The position numbers and the translations under genes were made by a program. Under the pieces are notes generated by a model. That model was not told the DNA's origin, did not search any database, and saw only the letters and a list, made by a program, of their open reading frames with translations. This document shows positions 45,260-55,693 of a DNA stretch of 64,000 bases, in pieces. Each line of letters begins with the position of its first letter. The stretch's first letter is position 1. Source of the DNA: a virus; IMG/VR virus record IMGVR_UViG_3300027712_000018; one strand, given 5' to 3'.

Positions 45260-45680
45260 TATTTCTCTCTTTCACATTCTCAAGTTGTTGTTTCATCCAT
45301 TTAGCGCATTCTTTAGCTGTGAGAGCGTCTCCCAATGGTGTTCGAAGTCTATCGTCTTCACCAATGTTCCTAACGACTGAGGCAGCCAACATCATAGCAG
45401 AAGCCATGATCATACACATCTGATGCAAACCTGAACCATCTTCACCATCATCATAATCGTGTCTTCGTTCAAAATCATCAATGTGTCTTTTCAGACTGTC
45501 AATCATCTGTTGCCATGGTAGACCTTTTTCCCAATTCCTTGGGGCATACTTCATGGCTCCATACTCAAGTGCGGTTGCACCAGCAGCAAGTGCCTCTAAC
45601 GGCAGTTGTCTGAAATATGGAACGCCTAAGGCCTCACGCATAGCGCCAGTCTTAGAGGCATCATATTTTTGTTCTGTCAT
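45249..45680 (-). CDS. dATP/dGTP diphosphohydrolase-like (DUF5664) protein
   Basis: YGAMKYAPRNWEKG, SLKRH, D.SGLH. Confidence 0.75.
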   Translation of the reverse strand: MTEQKYDASKTGAMREALGVPYFRQLPLEALAAGATALEYGAMKYAPRNWEKGLPWQQMIDSLKRHIDDFERRHDYDDGEDGSGLHQMCMIMASAMMLAASVVRNIGEDDRLRTPLGDALTAKECAKWMKQQLENVKERNNGT

Positions 45681-45698
45681 CTATTTATATCTCCAAAA

Positions 45699-46070
45699 TC
45701 AAGGTTTGGTAAGAAATGGTGCAAGTTGTGGCGGTTGCCAACCTTCTGGCTTGAGGATCTTGCCATCTTCACGCTTACGAACAGCCCCTGTTTCAGGATC
45801 AATCTTAGCGAAGTTTGTTTTCATAACCTCATTCCACGCACCTTCGGCATCATAACCCATAGCATTAGCAGCACCGATAGTAACCACTAAGATGTCAATG
45901 ATTGCATCCAAGGTTTCGACTTCATCTTTTGCCTTTACGGCATCACGAAGTTCTTTATACTCTTCTTTAATTAAAGATAGGTACATCTTGAAAAGATTTG
46001 AGTTCTTTGTATCGACTGATTGACCACAAGCAGTCATAAATGTCAAAGAGTCTTTAAATGGGTTAGTCAT
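45699..46070 (-). CDS. MazG-like NTP pyrophosphohydrolase
   Basis: LIKEEYKE, DAIID, N..K, REDGKILKP. Confidence 0.85.
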   Translation of the reverse strand: MTNPFKDSLTFMTACGQSVDTKNSNLFKMYLSLIKEEYKELRDAVKAKDEVETLDAIIDILVVTIGAANAMGYDAEGAWNEVMKTNFAKIDPETGAVRKREDGKILKPEGWQPPQLAPFLTKP

Positions 46071-46104
46071 TGTCTATCCTTGGTTAGAGTTAACGTTTTA
46101 ATAA

Positions 46105-47814
46105 TCAAGCAGATCTTCTACTGAAGTTTTTGTATTTCTCAAACTTAATTACGTTCTCGAATTTGTCATACAGTTGATCGCCCTTATGACTGATAATAAA
46201 CACATTTGAGTCAGTTGTCAACTCATTAATGATTTTAAGGAACTCTTCTGTCCCCGCATTGTCCAAAGAACTGTCCATGATTTCATCCATGATCAACAGG
46301 TTGGTGGTAACAGAGTTACGCAGTTTTGACACCGCACGCCATGTGAACAACAGAGCCAAGTCGATACGTAGTTTCTCGCCTTCTGAAAACGATCCATAGG
46401 AGAACACATCACGGAAGCGTGACTTAATCGTCTCTTCGAAGTTGTCGTCTAGTTCGAACTGAACAAAGAAGTCCATGGCCGACAGATACTTGTTGATCAG
46501 TTTGTTCATAACTGGCACATACTGACGAATGATACGGGTCTTGATACCACCATCCTTAAGCATAGACCCTACAACACCCAACGTCTCACGGTCTTGGTGT
46601 AGTTGTTCTTGTTTTGTGTGATGAGCTCGTAAATCTTCCTCAAGTTTACCAATCTTAGTGATGTCAATAGTTTCGACTTCTTTCTCAGCATTCTGTAGTT
46701 CGGATTTCATACTGTTTAGAACGTTTTTTGTCAGAGTGATATTGGCTCTGTGACCAGACGCAGTTAGGTTGAGTGCAGAGATTTCATCCTCAACATCCGA
46801 TATCGCCGACAGTCTTACTTCGCATTCGGAAATTTTGTTTGCAATCTCATCTCTTCCATCTGTGATTTGCTTAGACTTGACTTGGTGACCATCAACTGTA
46901 CTGTGCTTAAAGTCGTGTTCAATTCCTTGTTTACAGGTTGGGCAGTTGTCGTGGCTTTCATAGAAACTAATCTCCTTGTTGAGTTGTGACAGTTTGGTCA
47001 CGAGTTTCTGATCAATCGACTGAAGCTCTTGCAGTTTCTTCTTGTATGTCGGTTTGTCGGTGATGCTGGCCGCCAGTACGTCAATCTGTTCACCGATCAC
47101 TTCAAGCTTATTATTCTCTTCTTCAATGAACGATATCTGTTCTTTCATTTTGTCTTTGATGCGGGAAACCTCAGTCTCTTTCATTTTACGAATGGATTCG
47201 TTATGGGTCTTGGCTAGGTCAATGTTGTTCTTGACCATGTCAATCTCATACTTGATGTCGGTAATCTCACTCTTGTTGGTAGACAGTTTGTCTTTTAACA
47301 ACACATTCATAGTGCTGAAGATCTGAATGTCCAACAGGTCTTCAATGATTTCACGACGATGTTGAGCTGGTAATTGCATGAAAGGCACGAAGGTAGAACT
47401 ACCCAGCACCACAATCTGACCAAACGATTTGAAGTTCATTTTGAGAATGTTCTGTTCAAGGTATGCTTGATAGTCCCTTGCAGCAGCATCTTGGTTAAGT
47501 AACTCACCATTCTTCCAAATCTCGAAGAGGTTCGGCTTCATACCCCGCTTGACAACATACTTATTGGCCGCAATGTCAAACGACACTTCGACTTCAAGAC
47601 CTTTTTGGTTGATGGAGTTTATGAGCTGGGGTTTGTTGATCTTGCGGAATGGCTTGCCATATAAGGCAAAGCAGATGGCGTCCAACATTGTGGACTTACC
47701 AGCACCATTCTCGCCAACAATCAGGGTGGACTTGTTGGTATTAAGATCAATCTGAGTCCACGTATTACCAGTTGATAGGATGTTCTTAAAACGCACATAG
47801 TTAAAAGTAATCAC
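46105..47814 (-). CDS. 46: recombination endonuclease ATPase subunit (gp46)
   Basis: GENGAGKST, CPTC hook, FSEGEK, IMDE. Confidence 0.95.
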   Translation of the reverse strand: MITFNYVRFKNILSTGNTWTQIDLNTNKSTLIVGENGAGKSTMLDAICFALYGKPFRKINKPQLINSINQKGLEVEVSFDIAANKYVVKRGMKPNLFEIWKNGELLNQDAAARDYQAYLEQNILKMNFKSFGQIVVLGSSTFVPFMQLPAQHRREIIEDLLDIQIFSTMNVLLKDKLSTNKSEITDIKYEIDMVKNNIDLAKTHNESIRKMKETEVSRIKDKMKEQISFIEEENNKLEVIGEQIDVLAASITDKPTYKKKLQELQSIDQKLVTKLSQLNKEISFYESHDNCPTCKQGIEHDFKHSTVDGHQVKSKQITDGRDEIANKISECEVRLSAISDVEDEISALNLTASGHRANITLTKNVLNSMKSELQNAEKEVETIDITKIGKLEEDLRAHHTKQEQLHQDRETLGVVGSMLKDGGIKTRIIRQYVPVMNKLINKYLSAMDFFVQFELDDNFEETIKSRFRDVFSYGSFSEGEKLRIDLALLFTWRAVSKLRNSVTTNLLIMDEIMDSSLDNAGTEEFLKIINELTTDSNVFIISHKGDQLYDKFENVIKFEKYKNFSRRSA

Positions 47815-48875
47815 AGGTTAACAGCCTCTTGATATAACTCACGAATGAAATGTTCGACACGCTTCTTGTCGCCTCTGAACTCAATAGTCTCAATATACTT
47901 GTTCATGATAGTCAACGTATCCTGTGCTTCGTCAACGATAGAATCGTCAGCCAAGTCTAGGTTCAGGTGATCGTCAACGACCTTGATGTCCGCCGCACCC
48001 GACTGTTGCAGTTTGTCAATGAATAGGTCAAACAGATATGGGTTGGTTTTCTCTTTGACTATAACCTTGATGTACGTGCCTGTCAAGCCATTTGTTTCCA
48101 AATGACCGATATCTTCAATCGTCATGTCGGCGTCTGAGTATTCGATCTTGTGGAAGATGGAGTATGGGTTACGGACGAAGGTGATTGCCCTCGTCTCAGT
48201 GTCGAAGATATGGAAGCCACGGGGGTCTCCGTAGTCGTTCCACGTCATCTCATACGGTGATCCTAGGTAGGCGATGTTACCATGTGTTGACTTGTGATGG
48301 AAGTGACCAGAACAAACCAAGTCGAACTTGGCGAACGTATCCGCAGTCTGACCATGGTCGCAGATAGATCCCCGATGCATCTCGAATCCTTGGAGTTCTA
48401 AGTGACCCATCAGAACACGGGCATCTGTCTCTTCAATGGCCTTCATGGTGTCTGCGTAATTGTCTTCGCAAATCCATGGACATAGGAGAATCTTTAGGCC
48501 ATCATATGCGACCTCAATAGGTTTATCCCACCAAATTTGAAACGATGTTGGGTCAATGTTGGAGAACAACTCGTTGATACCGTTGACGTTGTTCGTGTTT
48601 TTATAGTAAGTGTCATGGTTGCCAACGATGATGTTGACAGCAATACGTTCGTTTAGTAACGGAAGGATGAAGTTATCCTTAACGTTCTTCAGCGTCACGT
48701 AGTTGACATATTTACGACGATCCATCAAGTCGCCAAGATGGATCACCTCTGTGATTCGATTCTCTTTCAGATAAGGTAGAAAGACCTCATAAAAGAACTT
48801 GTTTTGGAAGCCGGCAAACGTCACACTATCATTTCTGACACCATAGTGAGTGTCAGTGATCAAAGCAATCTTCAT
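47811..48875 (-). CDS. 47: recombination endonuclease nuclease subunit (gp47)
   Basis: TDTH, GD..DRR, GNHD, SGHFH. Confidence 0.95.
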   Translation of the reverse strand: MKIALITDTHYGVRNDSVTFAGFQNKFFYEVFLPYLKENRITEVIHLGDLMDRRKYVNYVTLKNVKDNFILPLLNERIAVNIIVGNHDTYYKNTNNVNGINELFSNIDPTSFQIWWDKPIEVAYDGLKILLCPWICEDNYADTMKAIEETDARVLMGHLELQGFEMHRGSICDHGQTADTFAKFDLVCSGHFHHKSTHGNIAYLGSPYEMTWNDYGDPRGFHIFDTETRAITFVRNPYSIFHKIEYSDADMTIEDIGHLETNGLTGTYIKVIVKEKTNPYLFDLFIDKLQQSGAADIKVVDDHLNLDLADDSIVDEAQDTLTIMNKYIETIEFRGDKKRVEHFIRELYQEAVNL

Positions 48876-48881
48876 ATTATA

Positions 48882-49442
48882 TCATTCCTCGTAGAACTGT
48901 TCAAGCCCCTGATCTTTTTTCTTTTCTTTTAGAATCTTCTTCTTCTCTAAGGTGTTCTCATAGTTTCTAACGAAGTCTGACATATAGTCATTCGATAGGT
49001 CTACGTATCCAGCTTCACCCGAATCACCATCATTCTTCTCGAACATAGTGCCAGTAAGCATGGAATTCTCCACAACCTTGTGCTTAATATACATCTGTTT
49101 CTTCTCTTTGTCAATCCTTCTCAGGAAGGCAAACCAAATGATTTGAGTGAAGTATGCGAAGGGGTTACTTCCTTTGTCGGGGTCAAAGTTCCCTAGAGCC
49201 TGAATGGCATTCTCTAAACCATCAGATATCATGTCGTCTTTGTATGTGTAACCTGAAAAGTTGGGTCTTGACGCACATCTTGTGGCAATCTTATAGATGC
49301 ATTCACCGATGAAATTTGGAATCTTTGGGTTGGGTTCTCCACTGTTCTCTGCTTCCATACAGAGTTTTTTGTAATCTGAAATAGCTTTCAGAAAGTCTTG
49401 ATTGTTAACATAATGTACTTTTTCACGGGGTGATATCGCCAT
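48882..49442 (-). CDS. 55: late transcription sigma factor (gp55)
   Basis: HYVNN, NF.GYTY.DDMISDG, NPFAYFTQI. Confidence 0.95.
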   Translation of the reverse strand: MAISPREKVHYVNNQDFLKAISDYKKLCMEAENSGEPNPKIPNFIGECIYKIATRCASRPNFSGYTYKDDMISDGLENAIQALGNFDPDKGSNPFAYFTQIIWFAFLRRIDKEKKQMYIKHKVVENSMLTGTMFEKNDGDSGEAGYVDLSNDYMSDFVRNYENTLEKKKILKEKKKDQGLEQFYEE

Positions 49443-49557
49443 AATAAATTCCTTCTATTAGTTTCAATATATCATAATCATTTACCTTTGTCAACACTAT
49501 TTTTTACTTGACAACACCCAAAAGTATGTGTATAATAAGCTTATGGTAATGAATATA

Positions 49558-49890
49558 TTAGTGCTTTATATTAGATCTAGATTCTAACATAGCATCTAAG
49601 ACAGTCTTAAGATCATGATGACTATCCTCTTTAGAACTATGTTTACCCATGAACTGATTATAGAACTCTGTAGCCTTAGAAGAGCTCTTCTGAATGAAGA
49701 AGATGTCTGATTGACATAGTTCAATCTTAGTACTGTCTGATAGTAACAACCAATCAATCCCGTATATACCATGATTAGGATCAAATCCAAATTGGACAGG
49801 ATCTTTAATGGTGACATATCCTAAATCATTCTTAACTATAAAAGCAATCAGATCAGTCCCGTTCTTAAGTTTGACATGCATTAGTTCCAT
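49558..49890 (-). CDS. Sm-like hypothetical protein
   Basis: HVKLKNG.DLI pattern; lies between uvsW and gp55. Confidence 0.6.
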   Translation of the reverse strand: MELMHVKLKNGTDLIAFIVKNDLGYVTIKDPVQFGFDPNHGIYGIDWLLLSDSTKIELCQSDIFFIQKSSSKATEFYNQFMGKHSSKEDSHHDLKTVLDAMLESRSNIKH

Positions 49891-49891
49891 G

Positions 49892-51349
49892 TTATTCCTT
49901 TAAATCTACGTTGAAGATCTTGAATTCAAATCCCTCATCATTATAAGTTTTGACTCGTTCCATGAAGTGTTGGATAGCGAAGTTCTTGTAGTTCTTGTAT
50001 TGCAGATCGTCTACAATATCGTAAAGAGTTGCTTTATCTTTTCCGTTACCTCTTCTAAGGACTCTTCCGATGCTTTGAAGATTGCGAATCTTAGATTTAG
50101 AAGGTGACGCAAAGATGATATTATCAAGACGCTTGATATTAACACCAGTACTAAAGGTGCCATAGCTAGCAAGAATAATGTTATTACCAGAAGACTCAAC
50201 GAGAGCTCTAACAGACTCACGGTTTTCTGCACTAACTCCACCATGTATGAAATGTATAGTTTTATCAGGGGACTGAAGGAGTGGTTCAAGCGCTTTACCA
50301 TGCTTCTCAACGAACTGGTATAGTACAAGTGTATTACCCTTAAGACTCCATGCCAGATTGCGGATAAACTTGTTTCTGGCTTCATTTCTAACTATCCAAT
50401 CAATTTCATCTTGGTAATCCTTATTCTTATTTATCTTGCGTGTAGAATCCGAATATCCAAGGACGATTGCCTTGATGTCGAACTCAGCAAGTGTATTGTC
50501 CTCAATCAGTTTCTTGGTCTGAGTGACTTGATAGACTTGACCGAAGATTCCTTCTAGGACAAGTTTGTGCGTCTGACTGTCGTCTAGAGTACCCGTGAAC
50601 CCGTAACGATACTTAATATCAGGCGCCTTCTCCATGATACCAGTGAGTGACTTAGCCTTTGCAAGGTGAGCTTCGTCAACGATGATGGCGTCAAACTGTT
50701 CAAACCATTTCTTTTGCATCTTGTAGATTGACTGCCAAGTTGTCACAGTGTATGGCGACTTCGAAGACTTGTCAACACCACCCGTGATTCTATGAATGTC
50801 AAGTGGTTTGTTTTTGTTATAATCTATGAAGTCGGTGGCCATTTGATGGACTAAGGATGTGGTCGGAACTACGATAAGGACTCGACGATCCTGTTCAGTG
50901 TGATATCGTGACAGTAAGTATATGATCAACGACTTACCAGAGGCCGTAGGTGATAGTAGCAGTCCACGATTGTTTCGAAGTGCGTGAACCACTGCAGTGT
51001 TCTGATAGTCTCTTGGTTCATATTTAGAGTCGAACTCTTTGGCGAGTGTGTAACCGTAGTTGTCGTCTATCTTGTTTAGGGGCCACACGTCTTTAGATGC
51101 TAGTTCGATATCGTATTCACGGTTGCGACAGAACTTGGCGATGTTTGGAATCAGACCCGCATAGATCAGCCCCGTCATGGGGTTGAGTAGTCGAATCTTA
51201 CCATCCCATATCTTGTTACGAACCGCCGGCATGAACTTAGCCCCAGGAACATCAAAGGTGAAGTATACCGACATCTCCATTTTGATGTCGGGGTCAGCGA
51301 CTACCCTAACATATACTTCGTTCACCTTTTCAATTGTGACTTTGTCCAT
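49892..51349 (-). CDS. uvsW: DNA helicase UvsW
   Basis: SPTASGKS, VDEAH, TGT, QSIGRVLR. Confidence 0.95.
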   Translation of the reverse strand: MDKVTIEKVNEVYVRVVADPDIKMEMSVYFTFDVPGAKFMPAVRNKIWDGKIRLLNPMTGLIYAGLIPNIAKFCRNREYDIELASKDVWPLNKIDDNYGYTLAKEFDSKYEPRDYQNTAVVHALRNNRGLLLSPTASGKSLIIYLLSRYHTEQDRRVLIVVPTTSLVHQMATDFIDYNKNKPLDIHRITGGVDKSSKSPYTVTTWQSIYKMQKKWFEQFDAIIVDEAHLAKAKSLTGIMEKAPDIKYRYGFTGTLDDSQTHKLVLEGIFGQVYQVTQTKKLIEDNTLAEFDIKAIVLGYSDSTRKINKNKDYQDEIDWIVRNEARNKFIRNLAWSLKGNTLVLYQFVEKHGKALEPLLQSPDKTIHFIHGGVSAENRESVRALVESSGNNIILASYGTFSTGVNIKRLDNIIFASPSKSKIRNLQSIGRVLRRGNGKDKATLYDIVDDLQYKNYKNFAIQHFMERVKTYNDEGFEFKIFNVDLKE

Positions 51350-51783
51350 TATGCACCAGTTCTAAATTTCTCATAATCAATAATGTTTTTAAGTATGAAG
51401 TTACGGTTGTTGATTTGTTTGATGATCGACTCTAGATACTCTACGACAGCTTCTTGTAGACCTATCTTGAGTGAGAGTGTGACGATATCGTTGTCTGATT
51501 CTATGTATAGGGGAATGTCTGACCGAAGAATCTTAAGGGGTTGGGGTTTCCAACCGTGATGTCTAAGTTCTTCTGAGTCCATACGACCGTCATAGTATTC
51601 GGTCTTGTTCTTCACCAAGATCTTGTAGTCGGATTTAAGTTTCTTGAGTCTTAGTCCTTCTTCGACATACCAACGGAAATACTTGTTGTGGATCTTGGGT
51701 ATGTCGGCAGAGTTGCGGGAGATGTTGTCTACGTTAATCTCGCCGTCTTTGGCCCATTCGGTGTAGATGTCTTCAATCTTCAT
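51349..51783 (-). CDS. uvsY: recombination mediator UvsY
   Basis: synteny; IPKIHNKY, EYYDG, IKQINNRNF. Confidence 0.88.
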   Translation of the reverse strand: MKIEDIYTEWAKDGEINVDNISRNSADIPKIHNKYFRWYVEEGLRLKKLKSDYKILVKNKTEYYDGRMDSEELRHHGWKPQPLKILRSDIPLYIESDNDIVTLSLKIGLQEAVVEYLESIIKQINNRNFILKNIIDYEKFRTGA

Positions 51784-51826
51784 AATATAACTCCATAGTA
51801 TTCAAATAACTATACACTATGTCAGA

Positions 51827-52309
51827 TCAAATGTCAATCATATCAAACGTTGTATATTTAAAATTAATTGTCGTTGTGGCATATTGAGTAGTGGTTTCAA
51901 TAGTGCTTAATTGAATAGCTCCTATTCCAATTGGAAATAGATCAACAAACCTGAATTCTTTTATTGGGTTGCCTTTACTATTGAGTAGGATCAATGAGGC
52001 GTCAGAGAACACGCCATCACCAGCAATAAGGTTGGCGTACTCAGAGAAGGCCGTTGGACTAACCATACCAACCATCCAATTGTAAATTTCTTTATAACAT
52101 AATAGGTTTTCGTCTAGTCTTACCGTAACCGTAAGTTCATCGTATTGTAGTTTATTTCCCGGTCTATGGATGGGAGTAAACGGAGTATATTGTTCGGTAA
52201 TGGGTATATTCAAACCGGGGATGTTGACGGCTTGAACAAAGAACTCCACATTAGGCAGACGCTTAATAGTGAAGTCAAAATTCTTAGATGAGAAAAAATT
52301 CTGTATCAT
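51827..52309 (-). CDS. 3: tail tube terminator (gp3-like)
   Basis: FFVQ.VNIPG, DENL..Y.EIYNWM, F.DLFP. Confidence 0.85.
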   Translation of the reverse strand: MIQNFFSSKNFDFTIKRLPNVEFFVQAVNIPGLNIPITEQYTPFTPIHRPGNKLQYDELTVTVRLDENLLCYKEIYNWMVGMVSPTAFSEYANLIAGDGVFSDASLILLNSKGNPIKEFRFVDLFPIGIGAIQLSTIETTTQYATTTINFKYTTFDMIDI

Positions 52310-52361
52310 AAATGGAACCTTATAGTGCATTACGGGGGATTACGTACTATTTATGGGTCAT

Positions 52362-52392
52362 AAAAAAAGGGGCGCCGAAGCGCCCCAGTTTT
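52362..52392 (-). terminator. intrinsic terminator after gp23
   Basis: GGGGCGC-TTCG-GCGCCCC followed by TTTTTTT. Confidence 0.85.
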
Positions 52393-52413
52393 TCAGTTTT
52401 ACCTGAAACGTTA

Positions 52414-53694
52414 TTACATAATATTTGTAACCAAAGTACGACGATAGTACTGGTTGCTGTTTGCAGTAAGCGCACCTTGAGTTGTTGCAGCAGAACCGTC
52501 AGCGAATGGGTTTGATACCATGCCGTAACGAGTCTTGAAGCCGATCTTTGGTTGGAAGTTGTCTTGTCCAACGGCACGAACCATTTGTAGAGGAACGTAA
52601 GGGCAGTAGAATAGACCAGCGTCGAATGCTGATGTACCTTTGTATCCAACAACCATGTAGTTACCACCTGAGTATGGGTCGATATAGACTTTATACTTAC
52701 CATTCAAGATACCAGCAAAGGTGTTGCCAGTGTCGTCAATTTGTAGGCTGTTGGTAAGTGCAGGAGTGTAGTCAAGAACACCAGCCATCTGTAGTGCAGA
52801 CGCAACGTCTGAAGAACACATGATGATGTTACCACGTCCACGACGAGTAGACTTGGCGATTTGGTTAGCTTCACGTTCAACTTGGAACATAAGACCCTTG
52901 AACTTTTCAACTGACCAACGACCATTTGAGTCAACGTCAAGGTCGAAAGTACCAGCAGTTGCAGTACCAGTGTTAGCACCACGAACAGCGGTGTTGTAGA
53001 TGGTACGAATAACTTCACGGTTGATTTCTGCAAGCACTTCAGTTTGAAGAATGTTTGCAAGTTCTGTCTCAGCGTCAAGACCATGAATTGCCTTCAAGTC
53101 TTGTGCAAGTTCAGTGGTGTATTCTGCCTTTAGAGCACGTGACTTAGCGGTCACGGACACTTTTTCAAGTGAGAAGCCCATTTGTGCGAACGGAGTACCA
53201 CCACTGTCACCAAGTGCTTCAGCAGATGAGGTTGACATTCCAGTACCAGTGTTTGCAGTCGCAGCAGTACCAGTTGAACTGGCCATTGTGCCTGTACCAG
53301 AGAACGCATCGTTAACTTCGCTGTAGAAAGATTCACCAGTGAAGGCAGAAGTGTTTGCGTATTGTGGACGCATAGCGAAGATCAAACCAGTTGGGCCAGT
53401 CATTGGCTGAACACCAGCAACGTCATAAGCAATTAGGTTAGGCATCGCACGGCGAACTAGAGAGATAAGAACTGGATCGTATCCCTTTACAGAACCACCA
53501 AGGTCGGCCGAACCGTTAAGTGGTGATTCGTTTAGTAGTGATGTGGTGTTCCAAGAATTATTATCTTGAAGTGCCTTTTCTGTGTTTTCTAGAAGCTGAG
53601 CAATGATAGCACGCTTGGTGTGGCTTTCGATCTTTGGAAGATCAGCGTGCTCCAGAATTGGCTTCCACTTTTCGTTTAATGATTCAATAGACAT
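52414..53694 (-). CDS. 23: major capsid protein (gp23)
   Basis: GVQPMTGPTGLIFAMR, AKSRALKAEY, DAGLFYCPYVPL, GFKTRYG. Confidence 0.97.
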   Translation of the reverse strand: MSIESLNEKWKPILEHADLPKIESHTKRAIIAQLLENTEKALQDNNSWNTTSLLNESPLNGSADLGGSVKGYDPVLISLVRRAMPNLIAYDVAGVQPMTGPTGLIFAMRPQYANTSAFTGESFYSEVNDAFSGTGTMASSTGTAATANTGTGMSTSSAEALGDSGGTPFAQMGFSLEKVSVTAKSRALKAEYTTELAQDLKAIHGLDAETELANILQTEVLAEINREVIRTIYNTAVRGANTGTATAGTFDLDVDSNGRWSVEKFKGLMFQVEREANQIAKSTRRGRGNIIMCSSDVASALQMAGVLDYTPALTNSLQIDDTGNTFAGILNGKYKVYIDPYSGGNYMVVGYKGTSAFDAGLFYCPYVPLQMVRAVGQDNFQPKIGFKTRYGMVSNPFADGSAATTQGALTANSNQYYRRTLVTNIM

Positions 53695-53738
53695 TGGATT
53701 TTTCTCCTTTGGGGTTTCTTATAATCTTATTTATAAAA

Positions 53739-54728
53739 TTATGATTTTCTAAGGGTTTTAGAAAGTGCTTGAGCGTATAAAGCGATTTGAGGATCTGTCA
53801 CTACAGTTTCTTCATCAAGACCAATTGGATCAAGATTGTCACCACGTGATTCTCTTAGAACAGACTTGCCACCAAAGTATTGTTCTTTGATGATCTGAAC
53901 TTTACGCTCGAATTCTTTTGAATCGTTAAATTCAACACCCTCTGCAAGTGTGTGCAACTTTTCTGCTTGAGTATCAGTTAGACCCTTTGAATAACTTTCA
54001 AGGATATCTTTAGCCTTATAAGCTTCTAGTTGTTTACGAAGTTCAATGGTTTCGTTAATAGCTTCATTAAGAGACTCATCTTTGAATTCAAGTTCTTCGG
54101 CCATTTCAGCAACAACATCAACTTCATCTTCAGGAACATTGATAGTATGTTCAATGAATAGATCACGTAGGCCATCAATGAACGCTTCTGCGACTTCCGC
54201 ACGAATACCACGATCAATAGCAACTTGATTTTCTTCCATCCACTGCTCAACCACATAGTCGAGATATGCGTCTACCTTTTCGGTTAGTTCTGCAGCAATT
54301 GACGCAACTTCTTCATCAAGCTTAGCAGCGTATTCTTCTTCAAGTGCAGCAACTTCTTCTTGGATCTTAGCGTTCACGACTGTTTCAAAAATGACCGAAG
54401 CCTTTTCTTTGAAGTCTTCTGATAGGTCTGAACCAGCGAAGATTTCACTTACCGACTCACCAACAGTCTTGTCTCCACGACGAGCTGGGGTCTTTTTGAT
54501 TGATGATACTGGATTGTCGATAAGGTCAGTAGGTGTTCCGTCTTGTCCCGGTGTTGACACTTTATTTCCCATATCTTTTTCGCCGTTTCCAGTTTTGTCT
54601 GCTGAACGCTTCTTATCAGTTCCACCAGCTGGTGTGACGGGATCGTAAACTTCTGAGTCTTGCTTGTCAATGTCATTTTGACCAGACGCTCTGAACTCAT
54701 CAAGCTGCTTAATGTCTTTAATATTCAT
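53739..54728 (-). CDS. 22: prohead core scaffold (gp22)
   Basis: acidic coiled coil, LSEDFKEKA..IFE, YLDYVVEQW. Confidence 0.92.
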   Translation of the reverse strand: MNIKDIKQLDEFRASGQNDIDKQDSEVYDPVTPAGGTDKKRSADKTGNGEKDMGNKVSTPGQDGTPTDLIDNPVSSIKKTPARRGDKTVGESVSEIFAGSDLSEDFKEKASVIFETVVNAKIQEEVAALEEEYAAKLDEEVASIAAELTEKVDAYLDYVVEQWMEENQVAIDRGIRAEVAEAFIDGLRDLFIEHTINVPEDEVDVVAEMAEELEFKDESLNEAINETIELRKQLEAYKAKDILESYSKGLTDTQAEKLHTLAEGVEFNDSKEFERKVQIIKEQYFGGKSVLRESRGDNLDPIGLDEETVVTDPQIALYAQALSKTLRKS

Positions 54729-54778
54729 AGATTTTACTCCTTTGGATGGATTATGCTTTTATTTATATTTTTGTATTA

Positions 54779-55441
54779 TTAAGTAAGAGACTTTAAGAAT
54801 GAATCAAATAGACGTATCGCATTCTCTTCTAATTGACGGGTTGACATGCCCTTGGTCTCTTCATGAATACGATCAAGGTTGTTTTGAGCCTGCCATGAAC
54901 CAGATGCAACATCATAGATCCATTCAACGCCTTCCATAATTCCACGAACAAAAGCGCCAGGAGCTGATGGGTCAGCGACGATATCGCCTGCTGTTGCCAA
55001 CATAAAGTCTTCTTGGACTTCCATGATACCTTGTTTGTTTGGCTTCAGTGATCCCATTCCACGAGAAGAGACACCAAGCTGTGCGCCTTCGTCCATAAGA
55101 TTTTTTACCACTTTACCCATAGGGGTGTCCATGATCTTTGCTTTACCCACAAAGTTAGAACCTTCTTGTTTTAAATCGGTGATCATATGTGATACACGAT
55201 CAAGGTTGATGGTTGGGCCATCAGGATGACCTAGTTCACCAAATGCTCTTTTCTTTTGAACATATTGTTCGTTGTAACGACCAACTTCTTTAGCGAGCAC
55301 TGATGCGGGATACATACGACCATTACGATTCTTAAGATCGCCTTGCATGAAGATGCCTTCAATGAAGTGATGCTTTTGACCGTTCTCAGAAGCTTCTGAA
55401 AGATAAGAAACAGATTCGTTTACTTCGCAGATGAGTATCAT
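54779..55441 (-). CDS. 21: prohead protease (gp21)
   Basis: KNRNGR.Y, GELGHP, GVSSRGMGS, DIVADPS. Confidence 0.95.
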   Translation of the reverse strand: MILICEVNESVSYLSEASENGQKHHFIEGIFMQGDLKNRNGRMYPASVLAKEVGRYNEQYVQKKRAFGELGHPDGPTINLDRVSHMITDLKQEGSNFVGKAKIMDTPMGKVVKNLMDEGAQLGVSSRGMGSLKPNKQGIMEVQEDFMLATAGDIVADPSAPGAFVRGIMEGVEWIYDVASGSWQAQNNLDRIHEETKGMSTRQLEENAIRLFDSFLKSLT

Positions 55442-55444
55442 TTG

Positions 55445-55693
55445 TTATCTCCAAGCCAACGGGGTACATAGAAGGGCCACATTGGCGCTAACTGTTTCGT
55501 CGTAGTTTTTAACAAGAGTTTCTACACCGCCTGCAGCCATGGTCATAGTACCAATTGTAGTACCATTAGCATAGGCTGTCGTAACCAAAGTGACGTTTGG
55601 AGCGTAGACTCTAATAAGATTAGCATTTGATACGGTGTTAGCGGTCGTAACCGATATCTGTGAACCAATCATTTTTAATGGAATATCAGCCAT
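55445..55693 (-). CDS. hypothetical virion protein
   Basis: coupled ORF inside the head module. Confidence 0.6.
   Translation of the reverse strand: MADIPLKMIGSQISVTTANTVSNANLIRVYAPNVTLVTTAYANGTTIGTMTMAAGGVETLVKNYDETVSANVALLCTPLAWR

Noticed and set aside
52347-53336. Alternate-frame minus-strand ORFs inside gp23
   Set aside because: They are a codon-bias artefact of a highly expressed gene; gp23 is intact.
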